In this document: positions 30,434 to 40,621 of the stretch, in pieces
How the letters are laid out: every line of letters begins with the position of its first letter
How positions within the stretch are numbered: the first letter of the stretch is position 1
Origin: Gemmatimonas sp.
GTDB lineage: Bacteria > Gemmatimonadota > Gemmatimonadetes > Gemmatimonadales > Gemmatimonadaceae
NCBI GenBank assembly: GCA_965279375.1
Contig: OZ257156.1
Span: 1,152,001 to 1,216,000 of the forward strand
Length of the DNA stretch: 64,000 nt
Direction of reading: 5' to 3'
Translations under genes and position numbers: made by a program
The notes under the pieces: generated by a model
The model's database searches: none
Told to the model about the DNA's origin: nothing
The model's input: the letters and a program-made list of their open reading frames with translations, nothing else

Positions 30434-33339
30434 CGGAGTACCCCTGTGTCGATAGGAACCATGGGCAAGCGCACCTCGAATTCGGTGCCGCCCGTCGGAC
30501 GATCACGCACCACGACTTCGCCGCCCACTGCGAGCACGGACTGACGTACCAGCGAGAGTCCGATACCCATACCACCCGTCTTCACGGTGCGATCCTTCGT
30601 GCTGAAGAACGGCTCGAAGATGCGCTCACGTATGGCATCGGGAATGCCCGGTCCTTCATCGCAAACGCGAATGACGCATTCGTCGCCCTCGCGCACCGCC
30701 GACACTTCGATGGTGCCATGCTCCGGCGATGCATCGAGCGCGTTCTGCACAAGGTTGTAGAGCGTCTGACGCAACAACGCGTCGGGCACCGGCACGAGAC
30801 TTGGCGCCTTGGCGACGCTGGTCACGATGCGAATGTTGCGCGCGCGATTGACCTGCTCGAGAAAGCTGACTGCATCGCTGATGGCCAGCACGACCGACGA
30901 GTTGCTGTGCATTGACTGGTCGGGACGATACGTCTCGTAGAGTTGACGCGTGACCGCCGCGATGCGCGCGATCTCGCGTTCGATGGCACCGACAAATCGG
31001 AAATGCGGATGATCCGCTGCGATACCGCCGCGTACGAGGAGAAACGCGTTCTGAATACCCGCCAGCGGATTGTTGATCTCGTGCGCCACGCGAGCCGCAA
31101 GCTGCCCCATGGTCGTCAGCGCCCCGATCTGCCGCAAAGACTCCTCGGCGCGTTTGCGTTCGGAGAGATCGTGTCCCTCCACCAGCAGTTGCGTGACGAC
31201 TTCGTTGGCGTCGCGAATCGGGCGCAGTGAGAAGTCGATGGTGCCTGGCCGCTTGTCGGCAGTCGTGATGGTGACCTCGAAGCGCGTCGGGTCTCCGCCG
31301 CGCGCGCGTGCGAGGCGCTCCTGTACACGGGCGGCGGTCACCTCGTCGTCGATCCACCACGGCAGTCGCTCGAAGTCCGCGCCTTGCATCGCATCCACCG
31401 ACAGGCCAGCCACGGCAGCCGCTGCGCGATTCGCTTCGAGAATGGTGCCATCGAGGTCGAGCAGCAACTCGAGCTGAAAGGCGCTCTCGAACATCACGCG
31501 GAACCGACGCTCGCTGCGCTCGCGCTCCGCTTCACTGCGCGCGCGCTCGGTGATGTCGGCGGAAATCCCGAGCACGCGCGCCGGCGCGCCATCCACCGTA
31601 CGCTCGATCAATCGGCCGCGATCCACGATGGTGTGCCAACTGCCATCGCCGGCCTGAATACGGTACTCGCATTCGTATACGTCGCTCTTGCCGGCCAGAT
31701 GCGCACGCATCGCTTCGGTCACGCGCGGCAAGTCCTCGACGTGCATGATTCTCGTCCACCCCGAGGTGGGCCCGTTCAACTGCGCCGGATCGTAGCCGAG
31801 CGAGCGAACCAGTGCATTGCTGCGATGCACCTGGTCCTGCAACAGGTCCAGCTCCCAGACGCCATCGGTCGATCGCTCGATCGCGCGCTGCATGCGCGCC
31901 ATGCCTTCGGTGCTCGCCTGCTCCCATCGCTTGCGGGCGAGCCACAATGTGACCGACGCGAGCGCCGACACGGCCAATCCGAGCACAAGCAGCAGTTCGG
32001 GAAAGCTCGAGCGCACTGGTGCCGGCTGGGACGACAGCGCGAGGGTGACGATGCGATCGCCGAGCGGCATGTCGCGCTGATAGTTCGCTACGCCAGCGGT
32101 ACGCGGCGGTCCGGCCAACTGCGAATCGCCGACGAACGCACGAATCACAAAGCCGCTGCTATTGTCGGGAAGAAACTCGTTGAGCAGGGCGTGCTCGGAC
32201 ACGAAGCCGACGAGCAAAGCCGGACCATTTGGCGTGGCATCGACCGCCTTGAGCGCCACCACACCAAAGGCGCCGATCGCGCGCGCATCGACCAGCGAAT
32301 CGCGCAGCACCTTCCCCCGCGAGGTATGCACCCGACGCGTCTCGGTGCGCGCCCAGGTACGCAGCTGCGCCAACACTTCTGGCGCGAGTGCGGTATCGCT
32401 GGTGGTGCGCAGCAGCGCGCCCGTGGAGTCGAACCAGTCGATCCGCTCGAGGCCGACGGTTTCGTCGGTCAAGCGCATGATCGAAGTGCGCCACAACGGA
32501 AAGCCGGTGGACGCCGACTGCGCATACAATGCCACGCGACCAAGCGCGCGGTCGATCACCAGCAGCTGTCGCTGCATCGCGCGCTTGACGGCGTCTGCAG
32601 CGATTGCAGCCCGAGCGTTGGTTTCGGCCACCTCGCGCGCCAGCAGCGTTTGCCAGAACACCAGCATCAGCAACGTGCCCGCCGCGCCAACGGCCACCGG
32701 CATCCAACGCGGTGGTGCGACGCCCACCGCCTCGTGCGCTGCAACCGCGCGCAGCAGTGCCGCACTCAGTAGCGTCATGCCGATCAGCACATCGAGCGAG
32801 ACGTCGGCCAGCCGACGCGCCATCGACGTCTCGAGCAAGTCGGCCAGCGCGGTCAGCGCCAGCACGGCACACAACGCCAGAATTGCTGCGCCGGTGGAGC
32901 CGGCCGTGATCAACACGCGCGGCGTAATGCGTGGAACGGCGAGGGTCCACACCGCCGCACCATACCCAACGAACATCACGCCAAGTGTGACCGACAACCC
33001 CAGCGCACTCATGCTCGGCTCGTGCGCGCGCAGGCCGATCGACGCACCGACGACGCCGCCGACGATCGTCAGCATGGCCGCAGCGCGCGCCGGCACGAAT
33101 GCCCCCCGCCACAGCTGCACCACGGCAAACGCCGCGCAGAAGACGAACGCTACGCTCAACGGCGTCGCGGTCGCGAAACCTCCCGAGCGCAAGCCGGATG
33201 GTGTCTGGCGCGCCCACAGCACGAGCTGCGGCAGACAGGCCGCGACGGCCAGCAGCGCGAGCACGGGTACCACGCGGCCACCGCGGTGCGCGATACCGTT
33301 GCGCGCTTCCAGCCTTTCTGGGAGTACGGCGCTGCTCAC
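30430..33339 (-). CDS. Membrane sensor histidine kinase with two PAS domains
   Basis: Multiple N-terminal TM segments, PAS/PAC motifs, VAHEINNPL, NLVQNA, DEGPG, FEPFFSTK and GIGL. Confidence 0.93.
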   Translation of the reverse strand: MSSAVLPERLEARNGIAHRGGRVVPVLALLAVAACLPQLVLWARQTPSGLRSGGFATATPLSVAFVFCAAFAVVQLWRGAFVPARAAAMLTIVGGVVGASIGLRAHEPSMSALGLSVTLGVMFVGYGAAVWTLAVPRITPRVLITAGSTGAAILALCAVLALTALADLLETSMARRLADVSLDVLIGMTLLSAALLRAVAAHEAVGVAPPRWMPVAVGAAGTLLMLVFWQTLLAREVAETNARAAIAADAVKRAMQRQLLVIDRALGRVALYAQSASTGFPLWRTSIMRLTDETVGLERIDWFDSTGALLRTTSDTALAPEVLAQLRTWARTETRRVHTSRGKVLRDSLVDARAIGAFGVVALKAVDATPNGPALLVGFVSEHALLNEFLPDNSSGFVIRAFVGDSQLAGPPRTAGVANYQRDMPLGDRIVTLALSSQPAPVRSSFPELLLVLGLAVSALASVTLWLARKRWEQASTEGMARMQRAIERSTDGVWELDLLQDQVHRSNALVRSLGYDPAQLNGPTSGWTRIMHVEDLPRVTEAMRAHLAGKSDVYECEYRIQAGDGSWHTIVDRGRLIERTVDGAPARVLGISADITERARSEAERERSERRFRVMFESAFQLELLLDLDGTILEANRAAAAVAGLSVDAMQGADFERLPWWIDDEVTAARVQERLARARGGDPTRFEVTITTADKRPGTIDFSLRPIRDANEVVTQLLVEGHDLSERKRAEESLRQIGALTTMGQLAARVAHEINNPLAGIQNAFLLVRGGIAADHPHFRFVGAIEREIARIAAVTRQLYETYRPDQSMHSNSSVVLAISDAVSFLEQVNRARNIRIVTSVAKAPSLVPVPDALLRQTLYNLVQNALDASPEHGTIEVSAVREGDECVIRVCDEGPGIPDAIRERIFEPFFSTKDRTVKTGGMGIGLSLVRQSVLAVGGEVVVRDRPTGGTEFEVRLPMVPIDTGVLR

Positions 33340-33399
33340 GTGCTGCTCCTTCCGTCGATCAGGTGGGCATGCCGGTCGGTGCGCAGCTGCATCCTGCGG

Positions 33400-33981
33400 T
33401 CACGTCTCGCCGAGCCGCATCCAGCGCCGCACCTGCGGCGGCTCGAATGTGTGCAGCGCGTCCAGCAATGCGTTCGGCTCGGGCTCCACCACCAGCCAAT
33501 CCGACGGCCGACCACGCAGAAATCCTTCGGCCTCCACGTGTCCCATAAACTGCACCAGCGGACGCCAGTAGCTCTCCACATCCAGCAGCGCGACCGGTTT
33601 GCGATGCACGCCGAGCTGTGCCCACGTCCATGTCTCGAACAGCTCTTCGAGCGTGCCCAATCCACCGGGCAATGCGATAAACGCGTCCGCCATCTCGGCG
33701 AGCATCGCCTTGCGCTCGTGCATGGAGTCCACGATCTGCAGCGAGGTGAGCCCATGATGCGCGACTTCGCGTTCGACGAGCGCATGTGGCATCACGCCGA
33801 TGACTTCGCCGCCCGCTGCGAGTGCGCTATCAGCAAGCGCACCCATCAGTCCGGTGCGTCCTCCGCCGTACACCACCGTGATGCCGCGTTCGGCGAGCAG
33901 CCGCCCCATGGCGCGAGCAGACTCGACATAGGCCGGACGAATCCCATCGTTCGACGCGCAGTAGACACAGATGCGTTGCAT
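33400..33981 (-). CDS. LOG family nucleotide phosphoribohydrolase
   Basis: VYGGG..GLMG, MHERK and PGGLGTLEE motifs. Confidence 0.93.
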   Translation of the reverse strand: MQRICVYCASNDGIRPAYVESARAMGRLLAERGITVVYGGGRTGLMGALADSALAAGGEVIGVMPHALVEREVAHHGLTSLQIVDSMHERKAMLAEMADAFIALPGGLGTLEELFETWTWAQLGVHRKPVALLDVESYWRPLVQFMGHVEAEGFLRGRPSDWLVVEPEPNALLDALHTFEPPQVRRWMRLGET

Positions 33982-34026
33982 GAATCCAAGCTAACGCGAC
34001 CGGAGCGCGCCTGCGCGGTCAGCCGT

Positions 34027-35490
34027 TCACTCGCGTCGCGCGAGCATGTGCAGCCGACGCGCTGCGCCCCACAGCACCGGTGCCGTGAGAAGCGGACCCG
34101 CGCATGCAATGACAATGGCGAGCAACGTGCCGGCGTGCGCAGCGCGCGGGAGGTTCCACAGCACGGCCTGCGCGATCGTCAGGATTGCGTCAGCAGACAC
34201 GGCGAGCGCGAGTGCGCGCGCGAGCGGCACGGATCGCGTCTGCTGCAGTCGTCGCAGCGCGACGATGAGTCCGACATCGAACAGGACCCACGCGCCGTGC
34301 ACCCACGGCGACGGAAACCACTGCGCCGATGGTGAGAGGGCCAGCACGAGCGTCCACGGCACCAGCAACCATGCGAGCGCCCGCAGCACCGGCGCCGGTC
34401 CGCGCAACGACGTTCGCACGCCAAAGCGCAGCAGCGAGCCGCCAGCGAACGCGCGGAGTCCATCCCGCATCGCGATTGCCGCGTGCGACGTGTCCGGATA
34501 CGCGAGATACATCGGCTCCCATCGCTGCGGTCTGAGCTTGCGTTTGAACGCCGACAGTCCGACAAAGTTGAAGAGCGGTCGCGACAGCGTGCGCGCCGCG
34601 CGCAGCCAGCGATTCACATCACCCGACAGCGGTGCGAGACCGAGGGTGACGTCGCGTACGCCTTCGGTGTGCATGATGCGCATCGCGTGGTCCACCAGCA
34701 GCTCGGCGGTCCCGTTGGGCGCCTGCGGATCTCGCACGAGATGCTCGCACAGCCAACCATTGCGCGCCGGGATCGGCGCCATCGACAGCAGCGCGACGAT
34801 GTCTGCGCCGTACGTCTGCGATCCCGATCGGCGACGCTCCACCACGAACAGTCGGCGGCGTTCGGCGTGCGGCGACGGCGTGGAGAAGGGCGCCATGTCC
34901 ACGAGAAAGCGCATCTCCGCCATCGGTCGCGAGGCGTGCCAGCGGTCGATGAGCCGATCGAGCGTGGCCGCGGTGGCGGCGTCTGCTGAAAGTTCGGCGT
35001 GTTTCACCTCGCGGACGCTGAGTCCTTTCGCGCGCGCACGGCGCAGCTGTTCGCGCATCGACTTGTGCGCTCGAACGCTCGCGTCCCACTCCGCGGGATC
35101 CCAGAACGGCTGCTCACCGATCTGCACGCGACGCACCTGTGGCGCCGTGGCCAGCACGCCTTCGGTGGCGAAGAACGAGGCGCGGCGTCCCGCGGCGCGC
35201 GCGGCACCGACAAAGCGCGCGGCAACCTGGAGTCGTTCTTCGGGCGCCGCGATCGGCTCGCCCGCCGCGACCCACGCGCCGCCGGTGTCCACATACGCCA
35301 CCAGTCCGCGGTCACCGTCGGGACCGACGTCGAACCAGTGCTGCATGGCGCGCCCCAATGCCTGGAACGCCGTCCCCGTCTTCCCGAAGGCATCGACCAG
35401 ACGAAGCGCGCGGTCGGCCGACGCGAGCGGCGGTGGACCGGGAGGCTGCGAGGTGGCAGCCCCGGACTCGGCGCGCCCCGCCAGCGCCAA
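34027..35490 (-). CDS. DUF2156 (MprF-synthase-like) aminoacyl-transfer domain with C-terminal TM helices
   Basis: WVAAGEP, IGE, R..APNGTAELL, LGLAPL and F.GL.AFK.K..P.WEP.YL motifs; TTG start uncertain. Confidence 0.8.
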   Translation of the reverse strand: MALAGRAESGAATSQPPGPPPLASADRALRLVDAFGKTGTAFQALGRAMQHWFDVGPDGDRGLVAYVDTGGAWVAAGEPIAAPEERLQVAARFVGAARAAGRRASFFATEGVLATAPQVRRVQIGEQPFWDPAEWDASVRAHKSMREQLRRARAKGLSVREVKHAELSADAATAATLDRLIDRWHASRPMAEMRFLVDMAPFSTPSPHAERRRLFVVERRRSGSQTYGADIVALLSMAPIPARNGWLCEHLVRDPQAPNGTAELLVDHAMRIMHTEGVRDVTLGLAPLSGDVNRWLRAARTLSRPLFNFVGLSAFKRKLRPQRWEPMYLAYPDTSHAAIAMRDGLRAFAGGSLLRFGVRTSLRGPAPVLRALAWLLVPWTLVLALSPSAQWFPSPWVHGAWVLFDVGLIVALRRLQQTRSVPLARALALAVSADAILTIAQAVLWNLPRAAHAGTLLAIVIACAGPLLTAPVLWGAARRLHMLARRE

Positions 35491-35494
35491 GCGG

Positions 35495-35671
35495 CTACTC
35501 CGTCGCCGGCAGGTCGCGTTCGAAGATGATCGTCATGCGCGTTCCATCCTGCGCCAATCGACCGGGAGTCCATCCCATGCGACTGCGCTCGTTCAGCAGG
35601 TCGGTCAGCGCATCCTCGTCATCACGGACGTGGCGCGTCAGCCGAATGATCACCGCCTGATATTCCTTCAT
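35495..35671 (-). CDS. 58-aa small protein, DUF4177-like (below the ORF track cutoff)
   Basis: MKEYQAVIIRLTRHVRDDEDALTDLLNERSRMGWTPGRLAQDGTRMTIIFERDLPATE; fits the EY...LN...GW...F.R pattern and fills the gap. Confidence 0.75.
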   Translation of the reverse strand: MKEYQAVIIRLTRHVRDDEDALTDLLNERSRMGWTPGRLAQDGTRMTIIFERDLPATE

Positions 35672-35759
35672 CTGGCGAAGGTAGCGTACGCCACCGGCTG
35701 CACGCTACCGTTGCTGCGAGCACGCACGTCACGACTCCACCCCAGCGCTGAGCGGCACG

Positions 35760-36407
35760 ATGGCCACCGACCACAACTTCCCCATGCTTTCCGTCGTGGA
35801 CCATCCGCTGGTGCGCCACAAGCTCTCGCTGCTGCGCGACCGGGCGACGCCCACCAAACAGTTCAAGGAGCTGGTGGACGAAATCGCGATGTTGATGGCC
35901 TACGAGGCCACGCGCGATCTGGCGCTCGATCCCACGCCGGTCCACACGCCGCTCGAACTCACCACGGGATGGACGGTGCGCGGCAAGAAGCTCACGCTGG
36001 TGCCGATTCTGCGTGCGGGACTGGGTATGGTCGAAGGCATTCTGCGCCTGATGCCGTCGGCGCGTGTGGGCCACATTGGCCTCTACCGCGATCACGACAC
36101 GCTCGAGCCGGTGGACTACTACTTCAAGGTCCCGGGCGACGCGAGCGAGCGCGACTTCCTGCTGCTAGACCCCATGCTGGCCACCGGCGGCAGTGCCGTC
36201 GCGGCGGTGCACTCACTCAAGCGCGCAGGAGCGACGCGTATTCGCTTTCTGTGTCTGGTGGCCGCGCCCGAAGGCGTGGAGCGACTCACGCGCGAACATC
36301 CGGATGTGCCGATTCTCGCGGCATGCCTGGACCGCGAACTGAATGCGCAGGGCTACATCCTGCCGGGTTTGGGCGACGCCGGCGACCGGCTGTTCGGCAC
36401 GCGATAG
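35760..36407 (+). CDS. upp: Uracil phosphoribosyltransferase
   Basis: [26 protein letters not shown] and [16 protein letters not shown] motifs. Confidence 0.97.
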   Translation: MATDHNFPMLSVVDHPLVRHKLSLLRDRATPTKQFKELVDEIAMLMAYEATRDLALDPTPVHTPLELTTGWTVRGKKLTLVPILRAGLGMVEGILRLMPSARVGHIGLYRDHDTLEPVDYYFKVPGDASERDFLLLDPMLATGGSAVAAVHSLKRAGATRIRFLCLVAAPEGVERLTREHPDVPILAACLDRELNAQGYILPGLGDAGDRLFGTR

Positions 36408-36450
36408 CTCGCCGGACGTCCCGAGGAACCGGTCACTCGCGACCCGCTTC

Positions 36451-36476
36451 CCGCAATCCGTCACCGCAATCCGTCA
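36451..36476. repeat. 13-bp tandem duplication (CCGCAATCCGTCA x2)
   Basis: Read directly at the convergent gene junction. Confidence 0.9.
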
Positions 36477-36479
36477 CCG

Positions 36480-37133
36480 CTATACGAACCACTCCCGCGG
36501 TGCCTTGCGCTGCTGCTGCGCCACTTCCAGCACCCACGCTTGCGCGACGGGCTCGGTCACCTCGTCGGGTACGCGATCGTACCATCCGGTCGCCTGGCGG
36601 TCGTCACCAATGCGACGCCACAGCTCGCCGATCAGATAAGTGATCACCGCGCGCTCCTCGATCGCGACACCATCGTACGCGTCGAGCGATTCGGCGAAAC
36701 GCTGGGCCGCCTTGCGACGGAAGTACCGCTCCGCTTCGGTGTCGCGCTCATCGACGCAGCACCACGCCGCGCGCAGATACAGGTCGGCCAGATAGCGCGG
36801 CTCGTTCCCCTGCCACTCCGCAACTTTGGCTGCGTGATCGTACTTGAGCGATCCGGAGGGCAGCTCGCGCTGCAACGCCGTCGCCAGCTCCGTCCACACC
36901 CGCTCGCGAATCCGGTCGCTCAGCTCCACCTCATCGGCGAAGTCGCGCTCCACGCCCGCGTAGCCGCAGTGCGTGCACATGTGCACGAAGTACGGCAACG
37001 GCTGCATGCCAGCGGCGCGCTCGTGAAAATCCGTGCGCTTGCCGCCGAAGGCGTTGGTGGCCACCACGGTCTGCGAACGAAAGTGGTTCTCGCAGACGGG
37101 GCAGGTGAGCTCGATGAGATTCAGTGTCGTCAT
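36480..37133 (-). CDS. DUF2225-like zinc-ribbon plus TPR protein
   Basis: CPVC...TDF...CTHCGYA, LRAAW and YLIGEL.RR.G motifs. Confidence 0.8.
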   Translation of the reverse strand: MTTLNLIELTCPVCENHFRSQTVVATNAFGGKRTDFHERAAGMQPLPYFVHMCTHCGYAGVERDFADEVELSDRIRERVWTELATALQRELPSGSLKYDHAAKVAEWQGNEPRYLADLYLRAAWCCVDERDTEAERYFRRKAAQRFAESLDAYDGVAIEERAVITYLIGELWRRIGDDRQATGWYDRVPDEVTEPVAQAWVLEVAQQQRKAPREWFV

Positions 37134-37335
37134 AGTCGGTTGGTGCGGGGTCGTTGATCAGTGTCGTCACCAGCACACGAGGTCTTGAACCCTCCGCGGC
37201 AGCCCACACATGACTTTTCCACGCGCCGTCACACGACTGGAACGCAATGTCTTGTTCGTCACGCGGGCGGCGGCTAGTTTCCCCCGACTTGATCGGCGAG
37301 TGTGATCGCGCCGGCTTCCCGCGTCAGGGTCGTTG

Positions 37336-38295
37336 ATGTTGATCAATCTCCTTCCAGATTTTCTCGCCGTTCTCGAGGCCGCCGATCGCGACGCGGCCTA
37401 TCGTGAGTACTTCGAGCGCCATCGTGCGCTCCTCACGGCGTACTGGGACAACTACGTCCTCGAGCCCTCGGGCCCGCACTTCGACGAAGTCATTCGCGCC
37501 ACCGTCAACGCGAATCGCGACGACCTGCTCGCCCTCCTCGCGCGTACCGACGTCGTCGCACTGGCCAACATGGCCGAACGCAAAGTGCACACGCTCCTGC
37601 AAGCCGATGTCCCGTACGACGTCGTGCTCATGGTGGGTGTCGGTGCCGCCAATGCCGGTGAACTGGTGGTCGGCGGACGCGGTGTCGCGTTCATCTGCCT
37701 CGAGCACTTCACCGGCGTCGCCAACCCGGAAACGCAGGGACTTGGCCTCGATCCCGAGCTCATTCCGCTCTGGCTCGCGCACGAACTCACACATGTCATT
37801 CGCTACACGTCGCCCACCAGCCGCAGCGACATGCGGGCGCTGATCGACGACGCGGACGGCTACTACTCCTATTGGGAGACGGGACGTCACGCCTCGCTGC
37901 GTGAACTGCTCGTCAACGAAGGGCTCGCAGTGCAGGTCTCGCGCAGCATCAGTCAGGGACATGCCGCGTGGGAATACTTCGGGTTCGCCCGCAAGCAGTA
38001 CGCGCGCATTCGTGAGCTCGAGCCCATCCTCCAGCGCGCCGCGAACGCAGACCTCGACCGCGCCGGACTCGGGCTGCGCCTGCGCTACCTCTCCGGCGGC
38101 ATGAGCGACGACGCCCGCACCCTCGATCGCGTCATCATGCCCGAACGCGCCGGCTACTTCCTCGGCGCGCGCATGGTCCAAGCCGCCATCGATAGTCGCG
38201 GTCTCGCCTGGGCCACCCGTGCCAGCGCCATCGAGCTCGCCATGGCTGCCGTCCCCGTGCCCTTCGAAGCCCCGCGCCTCACCATCGTCGGATAA
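37336..38295 (+). CDS. Putative Zn-dependent protease (DUF2268-like)
   Basis: LAHELTH...NEGLA and GYFLG motifs. Confidence 0.7.
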   Translation: MLINLLPDFLAVLEAADRDAAYREYFERHRALLTAYWDNYVLEPSGPHFDEVIRATVNANRDDLLALLARTDVVALANMAERKVHTLLQADVPYDVVLMVGVGAANAGELVVGGRGVAFICLEHFTGVANPETQGLGLDPELIPLWLAHELTHVIRYTSPTSRSDMRALIDDADGYYSYWETGRHASLRELLVNEGLAVQVSRSISQGHAAWEYFGFARKQYARIRELEPILQRAANADLDRAGLGLRLRYLSGGMSDDARTLDRVIMPERAGYFLGARMVQAAIDSRGLAWATRASAIELAMAAVPVPFEAPRLTIVG

Positions 38296-38303
38296 CACGC
38301 AGC

Positions 38304-39842
38304 GTGGATGACGCGCTGAGCCGTCGCGCCTTCAGCCAGCTCCTCGGCGCCGCTGCACTCAGCGGCGCCCTCCCCGACCTCGCGCGCGCGACTGGCGCCT
38401 CCACTGCCAGCGCCTCCACGGCCAACGCACCCATGGAACCCGCCGACGATATCTGCGCCCTCACCGCCACCGAGATGGCGGCGCGCATCCGGCGCAAACA
38501 GCTCTCCGCGCACGAAGTCATGCAGGCTCATCTCGCCCGCATCGAGCGCATCAACCCCAAGGTCAACGCCATCGTCACGCTGGTCGCCGAAGAGGCGCTG
38601 GCCAACGCGAAGAAGGCGGACGAAATGCAGGCGCGCGGTGGCCCACTCGGCCCGTTGCACGGACTCCCCGTCGCGCATAAGGATCTCGTCCCCACCGCCG
38701 GGATCCGCACGACGTATGGGTCGCCCTTCTATAAGGACAACATCCCCACCAGCGACGCACTGATCGTTCGCCGCATCCACGCCGCCGGTGCGATCACGTT
38801 GGGCAAGACCAACACGCCGGAATTCGGCGCGGGCTCCAACACCTTCAATCCGGTTTTCGGCGCGACGCGCAACGCCTTCAACCTCGCCAAGACCGTCGGT
38901 GGCAGCAGCGGTGGCGCCGCGTGCGCGCTCAACTGCCAGCTCGTCCCCATCGCCGACGGCAGCGACACCGGCGGCTCGCTGCGCAATCCCGGCGCGTGGA
39001 ACAACATCGTCGGCTTCCGTCCCTCGCCGGGACGCGTCACCGACGACGATCACAGCTGGTCGCCGCTCTCCACAGGCGGCCCGATGGCGCGCACGGTGTC
39101 CGATGTCGCGCTGTTCCTCAGCGCCATCGCCGGGCCACACGCGCCCGATCCGCTCGCCATCGACGAAGATCCCGCACGCTTCCGGCGGCCGCTCGCGCGC
39201 AACGTGAAGGGCACGCGCATCGCGTGGTTCACGGACCTGGGCGGCATTCCGTTCGAGCCCGAAATCACGCGCGTCGTCAACAGCAACATGCAGGCGTTTC
39301 GAGATCTCGGGTGCGTCGTGGAACACGCCGAGCCCGATTTCACCGGCGTGGACGACGCGTTCCCGATTCTGCGGCACCTGTCGTATCACTCGAGCTACGC
39401 CAAACTCGCCAAGGCCAATCCGTCGATGTTCAAGGAGACGGTCAAGTTCGAGATCGCCGAAGCGGAGCGAAACAGCGGCGCCGATGTAGCGCGTGCCGTG
39501 GCGCGACAGAACAAGATGTTCGGTGACGTTGCACAGTTCTTCACCACGCACGATTTCTTCGTGCTGCCCGTGACGCAGGTGGAGCCGTTCGACGTCACCA
39601 CCGAGTATCCCACGTCGATCAACGGCATCGCGATGCCGACCTACATCGACTGGATGCGCTCCTGCTGGTACGTGACGTTCATGGGGTGCCCGGCGATTTC
39701 GGTGCCGGCTGGCTTCAGTGCGAGCGGGCTGCCGGTGGGGCTGCAGATCGTCGGCAAGCCGCGCGACGATTGGGGCGTGCTGCAGATCGCGCACGCGTTC
39801 GAGCAGGCGACGAAGCACGGGCTGCGCCGGCCCAATCTCTAG
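38304..39842 (+). CDS. Amidase-signature enzyme with Tat signal
   Basis: SRRAF twin-Arg signal; LHGLPVAHKD, GGSSGG and GSDTGGSLRNP motifs. Confidence 0.93.
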   Translation: MDDALSRRAFSQLLGAAALSGALPDLARATGASTASASTANAPMEPADDICALTATEMAARIRRKQLSAHEVMQAHLARIERINPKVNAIVTLVAEEALANAKKADEMQARGGPLGPLHGLPVAHKDLVPTAGIRTTYGSPFYKDNIPTSDALIVRRIHAAGAITLGKTNTPEFGAGSNTFNPVFGATRNAFNLAKTVGGSSGGAACALNCQLVPIADGSDTGGSLRNPGAWNNIVGFRPSPGRVTDDDHSWSPLSTGGPMARTVSDVALFLSAIAGPHAPDPLAIDEDPARFRRPLARNVKGTRIAWFTDLGGIPFEPEITRVVNSNMQAFRDLGCVVEHAEPDFTGVDDAFPILRHLSYHSSYAKLAKANPSMFKETVKFEIAEAERNSGADVARAVARQNKMFGDVAQFFTTHDFFVLPVTQVEPFDVTTEYPTSINGIAMPTYIDWMRSCWYVTFMGCPAISVPAGFSASGLPVGLQIVGKPRDDWGVLQIAHAFEQATKHGLRRPNL

Positions 39843-39891
39843 CGCTCCCTCCAGCAGCACTCGCTCGAGCGCGACGTTCACTGTGTCCACG

Positions 39892-40518
39892 ATGCCCGCT
39901 GTGCGGCGCTACGACGCCGTCGTGTTCGACTTGCTCACCGCGCTACTCGATTCGTGGACGGTGTGGAACCGCGCCGCAGGATCCGAGTCGAGCGGCCTTT
40001 TGTGGCGTCGACAGTATCTCTTGCTCACGTATGGCGCGGGTGTCTATCGACCGTACGTCGACGTCGTTCGCGATGCGGAGCGATTGAGTGGAGTCGCCGC
40101 CGGAGCGACGGATCGACTGCTTGCGGCGTGGAACACCCTGGACCCATGGCCTGAGGCATCTGCTGTGCTCGAGCAGCTCGCCGCGCGCGTCCCGCTGGCG
40201 ATTGTCACCAACTGCTCGGTGTCGTTGGGACGCGAGGCGACGGCGCGAGTCGGTGGACGATTCGCTGTGGTCCTCACCGCCGAAGAAACCGGCTTCTACA
40301 AGCCCCGCCCCGAAACGTATTCCGCCGCGCTAGTGCGACTGGGCACCGCACCGGAGCGCACCCTGTTCGTAGCCGGCTCCGCCGCCGATGTACCGGGCGC
40401 CCGCGGCGTGGGCATGCCGGTCTTCTGGCACAATCGGATGCGACTCGCGCCGCTTGACGGAGCAGTCCCCGATTTCGAGTCCACCACGCTCGAGCCGCTC
40501 GTCGAGATCGTCACCTGA
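39892..40518 (+). CDS. HAD-family hydrolase (haloacid dehalogenase-like)
   Basis: VVFDLLTALLD, IVTN, YKPRP and FVAGS..DV motifs. Confidence 0.85.
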   Translation: MPAVRRYDAVVFDLLTALLDSWTVWNRAAGSESSGLLWRRQYLLLTYGAGVYRPYVDVVRDAERLSGVAAGATDRLLAAWNTLDPWPEASAVLEQLAARVPLAIVTNCSVSLGREATARVGGRFAVVLTAEETGFYKPRPETYSAALVRLGTAPERTLFVAGSAADVPGARGVGMPVFWHNRMRLAPLDGAVPDFESTTLEPLVEIVT

Positions 40519-40621
40519 GCCGCCGGCGCGAACGCGCGGCGCATCGCATGTCCGGGGCGTACAATCGGTGCGTGTGATGCTGCCATGTTCGCGCGCCCCT
40601 GATCTCCCACACAAACGCCCT

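Noticed and set aside
34046..36643. 865-aa plus-strand ORF
   Set aside because: Overlaps the DUF2156 gene in antisense and upp out of frame; low-complexity Arg/Ala/Ser content.
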